Assembly: GCA_963824115.1 (NCBI GenBank)
Contig: CAWGOA010000010.1
Coordinates: forward strand, 11,398-75,397
DNA: 64,000 nt
Source of the DNA: an uncultured Actinomycetota bacterium
GTDB taxonomy: Bacteria > Actinomycetota > Actinomycetes > Propionibacteriales > Nocardioidaceae
Direction: 5' to 3'
The position numbers were made by a program, and so were the translations under genes. Shown one piece after another: positions 18,414-29,536 of the stretch. Numbering within the stretch: the stretch's first letter is position 1; every line of letters begins with the position of its first letter. Below the pieces are notes generated by a model. The model made no database searches and was not told the origin of the DNA. It saw only the letters and a list, made by a program, of their open reading frames with translations.

Positions 18414-19736
18414 ATGGCAAGGCCCGCATCATCTCAGGGGCACGGCAGGAGGCGGGGCCGTCAGCTGGCCGCCCTCGGTGCCGTGCTGGCAACCGCAGCA
18501 TCACTGCTCAGCGCATGCGGGGGCAGCTCCGGGAAGCCCACACTGACGTGGTACATCAACCCCGACCCGGTCGCGTCGTCGGCCGCTGCCGGCCAGTTCG
18601 GCCAGGCCGGTATCGCCAACCGGTGCAGCACCAAGGACTACACGATCACGACGCAGGAGCTGCCCGGAGACGCCACCCAACAGCGGATCCAGCTTGCTCG
18701 ACGTCTCGCCGCGCACGACAACGGGATCGACCTGATGAGCCTCGACCCGGTCTTCACCGGCGAGTTCTCCGACGCCGGGTTCCTGCTGCCCATCCCGAGC
18801 GCGGAGGCGCAGCAGCTCTCCAGCGGGACCCTGAAAGGCGCCATCCAAGGCGCCACGTGGAACAACAAGCTCGCAGTGGCGCCGCTGTGGGCTAACACGC
18901 AGCTGCTGTGGTACCGCAAGTCCTTCGCGCAGAAGGCCGGGCTCGACATGTCCAAGCCGGTGACCTGGAGCCAGATCATCGAGGCGGCGGCGAAGAACGG
19001 TGGCACGGTCGGTGTGCAGGCGAACAAGTACGAGGGCTACGTCGTCTGGATCAACGCCCTCATCCAAGGGGCCGGCGGCAGCATCATCAGCGACCCCACC
19101 GCCGGCGTCAACGCCAAGGTCGACATCAACTCCGCCGCCGGCAAGGACGCGGCGGGCGTGATCCAGGAGCTCGCGCACTCCAAGGCCGCCGAGCCCGACC
19201 TGTCGGTCTCCAACGAGGGCACCGTGCTCGGTCCGTTCGCGACCGCCCAGGGAGCGTTCCAGGTCAACTGGACGTTCACCTACGGCAACTACTCCACGGA
19301 CGCGGCAGTGCAGAAGGACATCGGCTGGGCGCAGTACCCGGAGACGGTCGCCGGCCAGCCGTCCAAGCCTCCACTGGGCGGCATCAACATCGGCATCAGC
19401 AAGTCGTCCAGGTACCCGACCCAGGACCTGGCCGCGATCAAGTGCATCACCTCGTTGCAGAACCAGGTCGAGTACGCCGTCCAGACCGGCAACATGCCGG
19501 CGCGTTCGGCGGCCTACGACTCGCCCGATCTGCAGAAGGGGTACCCCAAGCCCTTGCTCGCGGCATTCCGGTCCAGCCTCAACGTGGCCGGGCCGCGCCC
19601 GATCTCCCCGTACTGGAGCGACATCTCCGGCGCGGTGCAGAGCACCTGGCACCCAGCGAGCTCGGTCTCCGCCAGCACCCCCAGCAAGTCCGCATCGTTC
19701 ATCTCCGACGTCCTGCACGGCAAGGCACTGCTGTGA
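18414..19736 (+). CDS. lpqY: trehalose-binding lipoprotein LpqY (ABC substrate-binding protein)
   Basis: GGAGG 7 nt upstream. Lipobox LLSAC. Blocks QQRIQLARRLAAHDNGIDLMSLDPVFTGEFSDAGFLLPIP, NTQLLWYR and QANKYEGYVVWINALIQGAGGSIIS parallel M. tuberculosis LpqY as I remember it. Confidence 0.82.
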   Translation: MARPASSQGHGRRRGRQLAALGAVLATAASLLSACGGSSGKPTLTWYINPDPVASSAAAGQFGQAGIANRCSTKDYTITTQELPGDATQQRIQLARRLAAHDNGIDLMSLDPVFTGEFSDAGFLLPIPSAEAQQLSSGTLKGAIQGATWNNKLAVAPLWANTQLLWYRKSFAQKAGLDMSKPVTWSQIIEAAAKNGGTVGVQANKYEGYVVWINALIQGAGGSIISDPTAGVNAKVDINSAAGKDAAGVIQELAHSKAAEPDLSVSNEGTVLGPFATAQGAFQVNWTFTYGNYSTDAAVQKDIGWAQYPETVAGQPSKPPLGGINIGISKSSRYPTQDLAAIKCITSLQNQVEYAVQTGNMPARSAAYDSPDLQKGYPKPLLAAFRSSLNVAGPRPISPYWSDISGAVQSTWHPASSVSASTPSKSASFISDVLHGKALL

Positions 19737-19752
19737 TCGAAAGGAGTGGTCA

Positions 19753-20706
19753 ATGACCAACACCGCAGTAGCCACGGTCGCCACGCCGAAGGCACCACCG
19801 CAGGCACACCAAAGCGACCGGTCGCGAGCCGAGAACAGGCTGGGTATGCGGCTGGTCGCCCCGGCTGTGGTCTTGATGCTGGTCGTCACGGCCTACCCGA
19901 TGATCCAGGCTCTCTACCTGTCCCTCTTCAGGTACCGGCTGACGACCCCCGGTGACAAGAAGTTCATCGGACTGTCCAACTACGGGGTGGTGCTCGGCGA
20001 CTCGCTGTTCTGGCACGACATGTTCAACACGGTGATCATCATGGTCGTCACCGTGGCGGTCGAGCTGGTCATCGGTTTCGCCTTCGCGATGGTGATGCAC
20101 CGCGTGATCTTCGCCCGGGGGATCATCCGGACCTCGATCCTCATCCCCTACGGCATCATCACGGTCGTGTCGGCCTTCGCCTGGCAGTTCGCCTTCAGCC
20201 TCAACAACGGGTTCATCGACAGCTGGCTGAAGTGGCTGCCCGGGGTCGATGCGCAGACCAACTGGTTCGGGTCGCACTGGCCCGCCATGATCGCCATCAT
20301 GGTCTCGGAGATCTGGAAGACCACGCCGTTCATGGCGCTGTTGCTGCTCGCCGGACTTTCGCAGATCTCCGAGGACATGCTCGAAGCCGCCCAGGTCGAC
20401 GGCGCGACCTGGACGCAACGGCTGTTCAAGGTGATCCTGCCCAACATGCGGGCAGCCATCATGGTGGCGGTGCTGTTCCGGGCTCTCGACGCGTTCCGCA
20501 TCTTCGACAACATCTTCATCATGACCAAGGGCGCCCAAGGCACCGAGTCGGCGTCGTTCCTGACCTACCGGCAGGTGATCGAGCAGTTCCAGCTGGGGCT
20601 CGGCTCCGCGCTGTCCGTGCTGCTCTTCTTATCCGTGCTGATACTGGCGTTCTTGATCGTCAAACTGTTCCGAGTCGACCTGGCTGCAGCGAGAGGTGAG
20701 GGCTGA
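19753..20706 (+). CDS. sugA: carbohydrate ABC transporter permease (SugA-like)
   Basis: AAGGAG RBS. MalF-type permease with EAAQVDGATWTQRLFKVILPNM (EAA loop). Confidence 0.85.
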   Translation: MTNTAVATVATPKAPPQAHQSDRSRAENRLGMRLVAPAVVLMLVVTAYPMIQALYLSLFRYRLTTPGDKKFIGLSNYGVVLGDSLFWHDMFNTVIIMVVTVAVELVIGFAFAMVMHRVIFARGIIRTSILIPYGIITVVSAFAWQFAFSLNNGFIDSWLKWLPGVDAQTNWFGSHWPAMIAIMVSEIWKTTPFMALLLLAGLSQISEDMLEAAQVDGATWTQRLFKVILPNMRAAIMVAVLFRALDAFRIFDNIFIMTKGAQGTESASFLTYRQVIEQFQLGLGSALSVLLFLSVLILAFLIVKLFRVDLAAARGEG

Positions 20707-21536
20707 TGCGCGGCAAGATGGGAGTCGGTCACTGGATCGGCTTCGTCCTGATCCTGGTCTGGTGCCTGCTTCCGGTGGCGTGGATCATCTCGCTGTCCTT
20801 GAAGCCGGTGACCGAGACAACCACCGGCAGCCCGCAGTTCCTCCCCAAGCATGCGACGCTGCAGAACTACAAGGACGTGCTGAAGAACCACGACTTCCTG
20901 CACGCCCTGATCAACTCCTTCGGCATCGCGATCATCTCCACGGTCCTGGCGGTCATCTTCGCGACGCTCGCTGCATACGCGATCGCGCGCCTGGAGTTCA
21001 GGGGCAAGCGCGTCGTGCTCTCGATCGCGCTGGCCATCGCCATGTTCCCCGTGGTGTCGCTGGTCGGACCGCTGTTCGACATGTGGACCACTTTCCACCT
21101 GTTCAACACCTGGCCCGGACTCATCATCCCGTACATGTCGTTCACGCTTCCGCTCGCGATCTGGACGCTCTCGGCGTTCTTCCGTGAGATCCCGTGGGAG
21201 ATGGAGCAGGCCGCCCAGGTCGACGGTGCCACGTCCTGGCAGGCCTTCCGCAAGGTGATCGTGCCGCTCGCGGCGCCAGGTGTGTTCACGGCGGCGATCT
21301 TGACGTTCTTCTTCGCCTGGAACGAGTTCGTCTTGTCGATCTCGCTGACGTCGACCACTGCGGCGCGGACCGTGCCGGCGCAGATGTCGTTCTTCGTCGG
21401 GTCCGACCCGTTCAACCCGCCATACTCCCAGCTCGCCACGGCGGCGGTCGTCGTGACCGTGCCCGTCATCATCATCGTCCTGTTGTTCCAACGCAAGATC
21501 GTTGCCGGTCTGACCGCCGGCGCTGTGAAGGGTTGA
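20706..21536 (+). CDS. sugB: carbohydrate ABC transporter permease (SugB-like)
   Basis: ATG overlaps the sugA stop (TGATG). EAA loop EQAAQVDGATSWQAFRKVIVPL. Confidence 0.85.
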   Translation: MRGKMGVGHWIGFVLILVWCLLPVAWIISLSLKPVTETTTGSPQFLPKHATLQNYKDVLKNHDFLHALINSFGIAIISTVLAVIFATLAAYAIARLEFRGKRVVLSIALAIAMFPVVSLVGPLFDMWTTFHLFNTWPGLIIPYMSFTLPLAIWTLSAFFREIPWEMEQAAQVDGATSWQAFRKVIVPLAAPGVFTAAILTFFFAWNEFVLSISLTSTTAARTVPAQMSFFVGSDPFNPPYSQLATAAVVVTVPVIIIVLLFQRKIVAGLTAGAVKG

Positions 21537-21542
21537 TCGCAC

Positions 21543-22790
<1,248 letters not shown>

Positions 22791-22812
22791 CGCATCCGCA
22801 CAGCGACATTTC

Positions 22813-22845
22813 AGCCTGGGTGGTCAGACGTCGACCACCCAGGCT
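22813..22845. terminator. 13-bp-arm hairpin between convergent sugC and the GH13 gene
   Basis: AGCCTGGGTGGTC-agacgtc-GACCACCCAGGCT, a perfect inverted repeat. The loop and right arm overlap the stop codon and last codons of the GH13 gene. No T-tract. Confidence 0.5.
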
Positions 22846-24497
22846 GCGGTGTCGGTCGGGAGAACGCCGTCCTCCGGCCCTGGCCCGGAGGCGAGGATTA
22901 ACCGCCCCTTCGGCAGATCCACGACCGCCGGACCGGTGTTCACCCAGCACTGCACGTTCCCGCGTCTGAAGGCGAGCGTGGATTCGGGGGAGTGCAGCCA
23001 GTCGGGCACGTCGAGACCGCGCAGGTGCTCACGCCGTAATCTGAGCGCCTCGCGGTACAGCGACAGCATGGACCCGGCGTCGCCTTCCTCGCGCTCGGCT
23101 GTGATCGAAGCCCACGCGGCCGGCTGCGGCAGCCACGGGGTGGCATCGGCGCCCTCGGGGCTGAAGCCGAAAGGCGGCTCGGCGCCGGACCAGGGGATGG
23201 GCACCCGGCAACCGTCCCGCCCGGGGTCTGTATGGCCCGACAGCTCCCAGGTGGGATCTTGCCGCATGCCGGGAGGGATGTCCTCAACCTCGGTGAGCCC
23301 GAGCTCCTCGCCCTGGTACAGGTAGGCAACGCCGGGCAGCGCGAGGGTGAGCAGGATCGCGGCCCGCGCCCGCTTGGTACCGAGGGCCAGGTCTGCGGGC
23401 TCCTCGGCCCAGCGTTCCCGGTCCCAGTGGCTCTCGACCCGGTGCGCCGGCTGCGACCTGGAATAGCGCGTCACGTGGCGCACAACGTCGTGGTTGGAGA
23501 GCACCCAGGTACTAGGGGCGCCGACCTCCACTGCGGTCTCGAGAGCGTCGTCGATGACTGTACGAAGCAGGTCGGCACGCCACGGCGCCCGAAGGAAGTC
23601 GAACTGGAAGGCCGTGTGGAGCTCGTCGGGCCGGAGGTACATCGCGAGCCGCTGGTTGGACCGCACCCACGCCTCGGCGGTGAAGACGCGCGGCGGATCA
23701 TAGGAGTCCGCCACCTTGCGCCATCCGCGGTAGATCTCGTGCACCTCGTCGACGTCCCACGCAGGATGGGGCTCGCTGTGTGACGCTCCGGGGCCGCGTG
23801 GCCCGGCCGGAGGCAGACCGCGCGTCTTGGCCAGGCCATGGGCGACGTCGATCCTGAAGCCGTCGACGTCACGGTCGAACCAGAACCTCAAGATGTCCTC
23901 GAACTCGCCGCGCACCTCGGGGTTGGTCCAGTCGAGGTCGGGTTGACCCGGTGCGAACAGGTGCAGGTACCAGTCGCCGGGCGCGCCGTCCGCGTTCGTC
24001 GTCCGCGTCCAGGCCGGTCCGCCGAAGTTGCTCTGCCAGTCGTTCGGCGGCTCGTCGCCGGACGACCCGAGCCCGGGCCGGAAGATGTAGCGGGCCCGGG
24101 CCGACGGCTCGCCACGGAGGGCGCCCTGGAACCAGCGATGTGCCGCCGACGTGTGGTTGGGAACCACGTCCAAGAGCACTTTCAGGCCGGCGCGGTGAGC
24201 CTCGCGGATGAGGTCCTCGGCCTGTGCGAGGGTCCCGAACCGCGGGTCGATGTCGCGGTAGTCGGCCACGTCGTAGCCGCCGTCCTCCATCGGGGACGGG
24301 TACCACGGCGTGATCCAGAGCGCGTCGACGCCGAGGGTCGCGACGTACGGCATCCTCGCCCGCAGGCCCTCGAGGTCGCCGATCCCGTCCCCGCCGCCGT
24401 CGGCGAAGCTGCGGATGTACACCTGGTAGATCACCGCGGTCTGCCACCAGTGGGTGCCAGAGTCGGTCGAGGGCTCGTGGGGCGCCGACTCGGGCAT
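22824..24497 (-). CDS. GH13 alpha-glucosidase / oligo-1,6-glucosidase-type hydrolase
   Basis: Likely start ATG 24497 (GGAAGGA RBS). WWQTAVIYQVYIRSFADGGGDGIGDLEGL, DVVPNHTS, GFRIDVAHGL, EAWV, NHD. Confidence 0.88.
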   Translation of the reverse strand: MPESAPHEPSTDSGTHWWQTAVIYQVYIRSFADGGGDGIGDLEGLRARMPYVATLGVDALWITPWYPSPMEDGGYDVADYRDIDPRFGTLAQAEDLIREAHRAGLKVLLDVVPNHTSAAHRWFQGALRGEPSARARYIFRPGLGSSGDEPPNDWQSNFGGPAWTRTTNADGAPGDWYLHLFAPGQPDLDWTNPEVRGEFEDILRFWFDRDVDGFRIDVAHGLAKTRGLPPAGPRGPGASHSEPHPAWDVDEVHEIYRGWRKVADSYDPPRVFTAEAWVRSNQRLAMYLRPDELHTAFQFDFLRAPWRADLLRTVIDDALETAVEVGAPSTWVLSNHDVVRHVTRYSRSQPAHRVESHWDRERWAEEPADLALGTKRARAAILLTLALPGVAYLYQGEELGLTEVEDIPPGMRQDPTWELSGHTDPGRDGCRVPIPWSGAEPPFGFSPEGADATPWLPQPAAWASITAEREEGDAGSMLSLYREALRLRREHLRGLDVPDWLHSPESTLAFRRGNVQCWVNTGPAVVDLPKGRLILASGPGPEDGVLPTDTAAWVVDV

Positions 24498-24523
24498 GCG
24501 GAGTCCTTCCAAGCGGGCACGTA

Positions 24524-24544
24524 AACGGTTGCGCCGCAAGCGTT
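24524..24544. promoter_or_regulatory. candidate LacI-family operator (21-bp imperfect palindrome)
   Basis: AACGGTTGCG-C-CGCAAGCGTT, with 9 of 10 arm positions complementary. It lies 27 nt upstream of the GH13 start, in the divergent region shared with the LacI gene. Confidence 0.3.
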
Positions 24545-24690
24545 GCGAGGGTCACACTCGATGTCAAGTCGGGTCTCGGCTCGGGCACCCACTGCCGGAC
24601 GGTCGCACGCCGGCCGTCGAAGAGGCGACACGGAGGGATATGCGCGAACCCGTTCACCGCCGGCCGGGGGAGTCCGGTTCCGCCGTCCAG

Positions 24691-25692
24691 ATGGCCGACG
24701 TCGCCAGGCTGGCCGGCGTGTCCACGGCGACGGTCTCCCGGGCCCTGCGCGACATGCCCGGCGTGTCGGTCTCAACGCGGGTCAGGATCAAGCAGCTCGC
24801 CGAGGAGCTCTCCTACGTCATCTCCCCCGAGGCATCGGCGTTGTCGAGCGGTACCACCGGACGGATCGCCGTCGTCGTGCCCACGATCAACCGCTGGTTC
24901 TTCGCCACCATGCTGGCCGGAATCGAAGCGGTCCTGCGGGACGCGGACATGGACGTCCTCATCTACCACGTCGATGGCGCGGAGGAGCGACGCTGGTTCT
25001 TCGACCGTCTCCCGGCCCGACGCAAGGCGGACGCCGTGATCGTGATCGCGCTGCCTGTGCCCGAAGGGGCGGCCGAGCGCCTGGATCTGTTGGGTGTGCA
25101 GGTCGTCATCGCGGGCGGCGAGCTGGACGACTACCCCCACGTCCGCGTGGATGACGTGGCGGTGGGTCGCTGCGCCGTCGGCCATCTGATCGAGCTCGGG
25201 CATCGAGATATCGCGATGATCCGGACCGAGGACGCCGAAGGCTCGGTGTGGGCGGCCGACCGGGCCAGGTCAATCGGGTACTGCGAGGCGCTGGCTGCGG
25301 CGGGGATCGACCGCCGACCGGACCGGATGGTGACCGTCGACTGGGGCATCGAGGGTGGCGCCCGAGCCATGGACCAACTGCTGTCGCTCGAGGAGCCCCC
25401 GACCGCTGTGTTCGCCTACTCCGACGAGGTCGCGATGGGGGCGTTGCTCAGCCTGCGCCGGGCCGGGATATCCGTGCCCGGCCAGGTCTCCGTCATCGGG
25501 GTCGACGACCACCCGATGTCGGAGCTCAACGCGTTGACGACCGTACGCCAGCCGGTCGAGCTGCAGGGAGCGACAGCTGCCCGGCTGACGATCGAGCTGC
25601 TCAACGACGGGAGGAGCTCACAGGCTCGGCTCACCCTCCCGACCGAGCTCGTCGTCAGGGGCACCACCGGCCCGCCACCCGGCTGTCGCTAG
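24691..25692 (+). CDS. LacI family transcriptional regulator
   Basis: MADVARLAGVSTATVSRALRD (HTH) followed by a periplasmic-binding-fold domain. Alternative start ATG 24640. ORF-track start 24454 overlaps the divergent gene. Confidence 0.88.
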   Translation: MADVARLAGVSTATVSRALRDMPGVSVSTRVRIKQLAEELSYVISPEASALSSGTTGRIAVVVPTINRWFFATMLAGIEAVLRDADMDVLIYHVDGAEERRWFFDRLPARRKADAVIVIALPVPEGAAERLDLLGVQVVIAGGELDDYPHVRVDDVAVGRCAVGHLIELGHRDIAMIRTEDAEGSVWAADRARSIGYCEALAAAGIDRRPDRMVTVDWGIEGGARAMDQLLSLEEPPTAVFAYSDEVAMGALLSLRRAGISVPGQVSVIGVDDHPMSELNALTTVRQPVELQGATAARLTIELLNDGRSSQARLTLPTELVVRGTTGPPPGCR

Positions 25693-25750
25693 CCTCGCGC
25701 ATCCCGGCCCGGTCCGCTCGTCGGGGACTGTCCGGCCGTGAGGCTAGGTT

Positions 25751-27889
25751 GTGCTGGTGACCTCGCCACCGTCCGTCGGCGCTGCCAGCAGCCCGCTCGC
25801 GCCCGCCCGCGCCGAGGTGGCAGCGGCCGTGATCGAGGCGATCGCGGGTCCGGGCGCGATGCTGAGGCCGGACCAGGAGGCCGCGGTGGCGGCCCTGTGC
25901 GAGCCGGCGGCGCGGGTACTTCTCGTCCAGGCGACGGGGTGGGGGAAGTCCGCTGTGTACTGGGCCGCGACCGCGATCCGGCGGGCGGAGGGGAACGGGC
26001 CGACCCTGGTGGTGTCGCCCCTGCTGTCGCTCATGCGTGACCAGGTGGCTGCCTCGGAGCGCGCCGGGCTGCGGGCAGCGACCGTCAACTCCTCCAACAT
26101 CGACGCCTGGTCGCAGATCGAGCAGGACCTCGTCGCCGACCGGCTCGACGTCTTGTTGGTCTCCCCGGAGCGCCTCGCGAACCCTGGGTTCGGCCGGCGG
26201 GTGCTCGACGTGTCCGCTGGGCGCCTCGGCCTGCTCGTGATCGACGAGGCGCACTCGGTCTCGGACTGGGGGCACGACTTCCGGCCCGACTACCGCCGGG
26301 TGTCCGACGTGTTGCGCAGGCTCAACCCCGACACTCCGGTGCTGGCGACGACGGCGACGGCCAACCAGCGGGTGACCGACGACGTCGCCGCCCAGCTGGG
26401 GGAGGCGACACTTGTCCTGCGCGGGCCGCTCGCCCGGGGCAGCCTGGAGCTCGCCGTGCTGGCGCCGATGAGCCCGCTCGAGCGGTTCGCCTGGGTGGCG
26501 GAGCAGATCGCGACGCTGCCCGGCAGTGGCATCGTGTACACGCTCACGGTCTCCGATGCCGAGCGCTTGGCGGCTGCAGTCGACGCCGTCAACGGCGTCA
26601 ACGTCAAAGTCGCCGCCTACACCGGCCAGCTCGAGTCGCAGGAGCGCGAGCGGCTCGAGGAGAGCCTGCGCGCCAACGAGGTGAAGGCGCTGGTCGCCAC
26701 GTCCGCACTGGGCATGGGCTACGACAAGCCCGATCTCGGCTTCGTCGTCCACGTCGGCGCCCCGCCCTCACCGGTCTCGTACTACCAGCAGGTGGGCAGG
26801 GCGGGCCGGGCGATCGACCATGCCCTCGTGGTCTTGCTGCCGTCCGCCGCAGACCAGGGGGTCTGGGACTACTTCGCGACGGCGACGATCCCGGACCCCG
26901 AACAGGTCGGTCGGCTGCTGGCATGCCTGGAGACCGAGAGCCCTGACGGGATCTGGACCGTGCAGGCAATCGAGGCGGAGACCGGGCTGCGCAGGACCCG
27001 CGTCGAGCTGATGCTCAAGCAGCTCGCGGTCGACGGCGCCGTCGACCGGGTCGACCGCGGCTGGCGCCGTACGCCGCAGGAGTGGCGCTTCGACACCGAG
27101 CACTACGAGTCGATCGTGGCGACCCGCAAGCGGGAGGCGGCGATCATGCACACCTACATCGAGGGCCGAGCGTGCCTGATGCAGCTGCTCCAGGAGTCCC
27201 TGGACGACCCCAGCGCCAGCCGCTGCGGGAGGTGCTCGGCTTGCCGCGACGAGCTTCCCGAAGGACTGCCCTCGCGTCCGCAGCCGTCGAGCGTCCAGTC
27301 GGTGGCGGCCGTACTGAGAGGTGAGAGGCACCTGCTCGTACCCCGGAAGATGTGGCCAGGGGGGGATTTCGGCCGGCGGGGACGGATCCCACCCGACGAG
27401 CTGGCCGAAGAGGGCAGGACTCTCATCTTCGCCGACGCACCGGAGTGGGCCGACGACATCGCCTCGTTCGGCCCCCGCTCGGGGCCGTCCGATCAGCTGC
27501 TGGCGGCCAGCGTCGCCCTGATGTCCACCTGGCGAGCCTCCTGGCCGGCGCGCCCGGAGATCGTGCTGGCGCTTTCCGCGGCGGGACTGCGACCGCTGGT
27601 CGAGGGCGTTGCGGACCACCTCGCCACGGTGGGCCGGTGGCAGCGCTGCGACGTCGTCGTCGACGCCCGCCCCGACGGCAACGGCCGGCTGAGCTCCTCG
27701 CAGGAGGCGGTGTTCTGGCAGGACGCACTTCACCTCGACCCCGTCGGCACCGAGCTCGTGGACGGGCGGGTTGTCCTCCTCGTCGTCGACGCCACGGCGT
27801 CGCTTTGGCCGATCACGGTGGCCGCCGCGCTCCTGCGCAAGGCCGGTGCCACCTGCGTACTGCCGCTCCTGCTGCATCAGCGCCCGTAG
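25751..27889 (+). CDS. RecQ-like ATP-dependent DNA helicase (RqlH-type, with a non-RecQ C-terminal domain)
   Basis: ATGWGKSAVY (Walker A), VIDEAHSVSDWGHDFRPDY (DEAH), ATSALGMGYDKPDLGFVVH, YYQQVGRAGR, Cys cluster C...SRCGRCSAC. The C-terminal roughly 230 aa ends GRVVLLVVDATASLWPITVAAALLRKAGATCVLPLLL. Confidence 0.85.
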   Translation: MLVTSPPSVGAASSPLAPARAEVAAAVIEAIAGPGAMLRPDQEAAVAALCEPAARVLLVQATGWGKSAVYWAATAIRRAEGNGPTLVVSPLLSLMRDQVAASERAGLRAATVNSSNIDAWSQIEQDLVADRLDVLLVSPERLANPGFGRRVLDVSAGRLGLLVIDEAHSVSDWGHDFRPDYRRVSDVLRRLNPDTPVLATTATANQRVTDDVAAQLGEATLVLRGPLARGSLELAVLAPMSPLERFAWVAEQIATLPGSGIVYTLTVSDAERLAAAVDAVNGVNVKVAAYTGQLESQERERLEESLRANEVKALVATSALGMGYDKPDLGFVVHVGAPPSPVSYYQQVGRAGRAIDHALVVLLPSAADQGVWDYFATATIPDPEQVGRLLACLETESPDGIWTVQAIEAETGLRRTRVELMLKQLAVDGAVDRVDRGWRRTPQEWRFDTEHYESIVATRKREAAIMHTYIEGRACLMQLLQESLDDPSASRCGRCSACRDELPEGLPSRPQPSSVQSVAAVLRGERHLLVPRKMWPGGDFGRRGRIPPDELAEEGRTLIFADAPEWADDIASFGPRSGPSDQLLAASVALMSTWRASWPARPEIVLALSAAGLRPLVEGVADHLATVGRWQRCDVVVDARPDGNGRLSSSQEAVFWQDALHLDPVGTELVDGRVVLLVVDATASLWPITVAAALLRKAGATCVLPLLLHQRP

Positions 27890-27900
27890 TGTCGCTCACA

Positions 27901-27933
27901 GATCCGACTCACGGGCGCCCGGTGAGCCGGATC
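27901..27933. terminator. GC-rich hairpin after the helicase gene; shares the GATCCGACT arm with the palindromic repeat family
   Basis: GATCCGACTCACGGGCGCCCGGTGAGCCGGATC. It starts 12 nt after the stop at 27889. Confidence 0.4.
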
Positions 27934-27961
27934 GTGCTGCCCTGGTAGATACGCTTCGAAC

Positions 27962-29005
27962 GTGTGCAGGCGACAGTTCGGCTTCGCCTTGGTGCTTTCG
28001 GTGGCGCTGACGGTTGTCGCCGTCATCGTGGCGCTCACGCAGAATCTTCCGTACCGCGACCCCGACGGGGTCGTCGGGCCGACGTTCGTCCTGCTTCCCA
28101 TCATCGTGACGCTGGCCTTCCTCACCGATGTGGCGCCCCGGGCGGTCCACAGGGCGCACCTTGCGGGGTCCCTGCGCCAGTTCCCTCAGAGGTTCCGCGA
28201 GGTCACCATCGAGCGCTGGACGTGGGAGCACGTCCGCTTCGCCCTGCTCGGGCTCGGAAGCTGGTACCTGACCTACGTCTCGTTCCGCAATCTCAAGAGC
28301 TACGTCCCGTTCGTCAACCCGCACCTCTGGGACTCGTCCCTCAACAGGTTGGACGAGAAGATCCTCTTCGGACACGACCCTGCGGTCGTCCTGCACCACC
28401 TCCTGGGTACCGGCTGGGCCGCCCATGTGTGCTCCGACGTCTACATCGCCTGGATCGCGCTCGTGCCGGTGACCTTGGCGGCAGCGCTCGTGTGGTCGCG
28501 CAACGAGGCGGCAGGCTCGTGGCTCGTCACTGCGGTGGCGGTCGACTGGGCTCTCGGGGTCGCGACGTACTACATCCTGCCGACGCTGGGACCGATTTAT
28601 GCCAAGCCCAAGCTGTTTCGTCAACTTCCTCAGACGTACGTGACCCGCATCCAGGCGACGATGCTCGAGCAGCGCCACGCGGTGCTCGCCCATCCCTTCG
28701 GCACCGAAGCCGTCCAGACCATCGCGGCCTTCGCCTCGTTGCACGTCGGCATCACGGTCACGGTCTGCGTCATCGCCCACCTGCTGCGCCTCAACATCTG
28801 GTGCCGGATCGCGTTGTGGGTGTTCTTGTTCCTGACCGTCGTGTCCACGATCTACCTCGGGTGGCACTACCTGGTGGACGCGTTCGGTGGTGTCGTGCTC
28901 GGCGTCGCGGGAGCCTGGATCGCCGCCGTCGCCACCGGCAACCACGTCCGGCTGCGCCCCGTGCTCCGCGGAGCCGCCCGCGAGCTCGAGCCGACTTCGC
29001 TGTAG
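27962..29005 (+). CDS. PAP2 superfamily membrane protein (PAP2_3 / inositolphosphotransferase-like)
   Basis: Multi-pass membrane protein with C-terminal PAP2 motifs FASLHVG and GWHYLVDAFGG. GTG start is uncertain. Confidence 0.75.
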   Translation: MCRRQFGFALVLSVALTVVAVIVALTQNLPYRDPDGVVGPTFVLLPIIVTLAFLTDVAPRAVHRAHLAGSLRQFPQRFREVTIERWTWEHVRFALLGLGSWYLTYVSFRNLKSYVPFVNPHLWDSSLNRLDEKILFGHDPAVVLHHLLGTGWAAHVCSDVYIAWIALVPVTLAAALVWSRNEAAGSWLVTAVAVDWALGVATYYILPTLGPIYAKPKLFRQLPQTYVTRIQATMLEQRHAVLAHPFGTEAVQTIAAFASLHVGITVTVCVIAHLLRLNIWCRIALWVFLFLTVVSTIYLGWHYLVDAFGGVVLGVAGAWIAAVATGNHVRLRPVLRGAARELEPTSL

Positions 29006-29022
29006 GTGGATAGCCTTCTCGG

Positions 29023-29289
29023 ATGGAGCGACGGCGAGTCATCGTGCGCGGCGAAGTCCAAGGAGTGTTCTTCCGGGACAGCTGTCGGCAAGCGGCGATC
29101 TCCGCTCACGTGAGCGGCTGGGTCGCCAACCTGCCCGACGGAAGGGTCGAAGCGGTCTTCGAGGGCGACAGCGACGCCGTGGACGCGCTGTGCGACTGGT
29201 GTCGTGAGGGACCGCGGGACGCGCGCGTGGACGAGGTGACAGTCACGTCGGAGCCGTCTCGCGGCGAGTCCGGTTTCCGGGTGCGATGA
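29023..29289 (+). CDS. acyP: acylphosphatase
   Basis: VIVRGEVQGVFFRDSCRQAA...GWVANLPDGRVEAVFEG is the canonical acylphosphatase signature. Confidence 0.9.
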   Translation: MERRRVIVRGEVQGVFFRDSCRQAAISAHVSGWVANLPDGRVEAVFEGDSDAVDALCDWCREGPRDARVDEVTVTSEPSRGESGFRVR

Positions 29290-29528
29290 CCTCGATCCTG
29301 CGGGCGTGGCAGGCTCGTCCTATGGGATTCAAGGTGCACAACGCGTCCGGGTACGAGAGCTACTCAGACGACGCCACATACGGGTTCAACGAGGCCGGGC
29401 TGCTGGTCATCAAGCTCGGCGGCAGTGGCGGGACGCTTACCTACTCGCCGCACGCCTGGACGGTCGTCGAGGAGCCCGACCGCGACGGGGGGTATCACCT
29501 CCAACGGGCCACGTACTCGCGGGAGTAG
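29286..29528 (+). CDS. small hypothetical protein
   Basis: ATG overlaps the acyP stop (ATGA), suggesting coupling. No recognisable domain. Alternative start ATG 29322 (MGFKVHN). Confidence 0.45.
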   Translation: MTSILRAWQARPMGFKVHNASGYESYSDDATYGFNEAGLLVIKLGGSGGTLTYSPHAWTVVEEPDRDGGYHLQRATYSRE

Positions 29529-29536
29529 CCGCAGTT

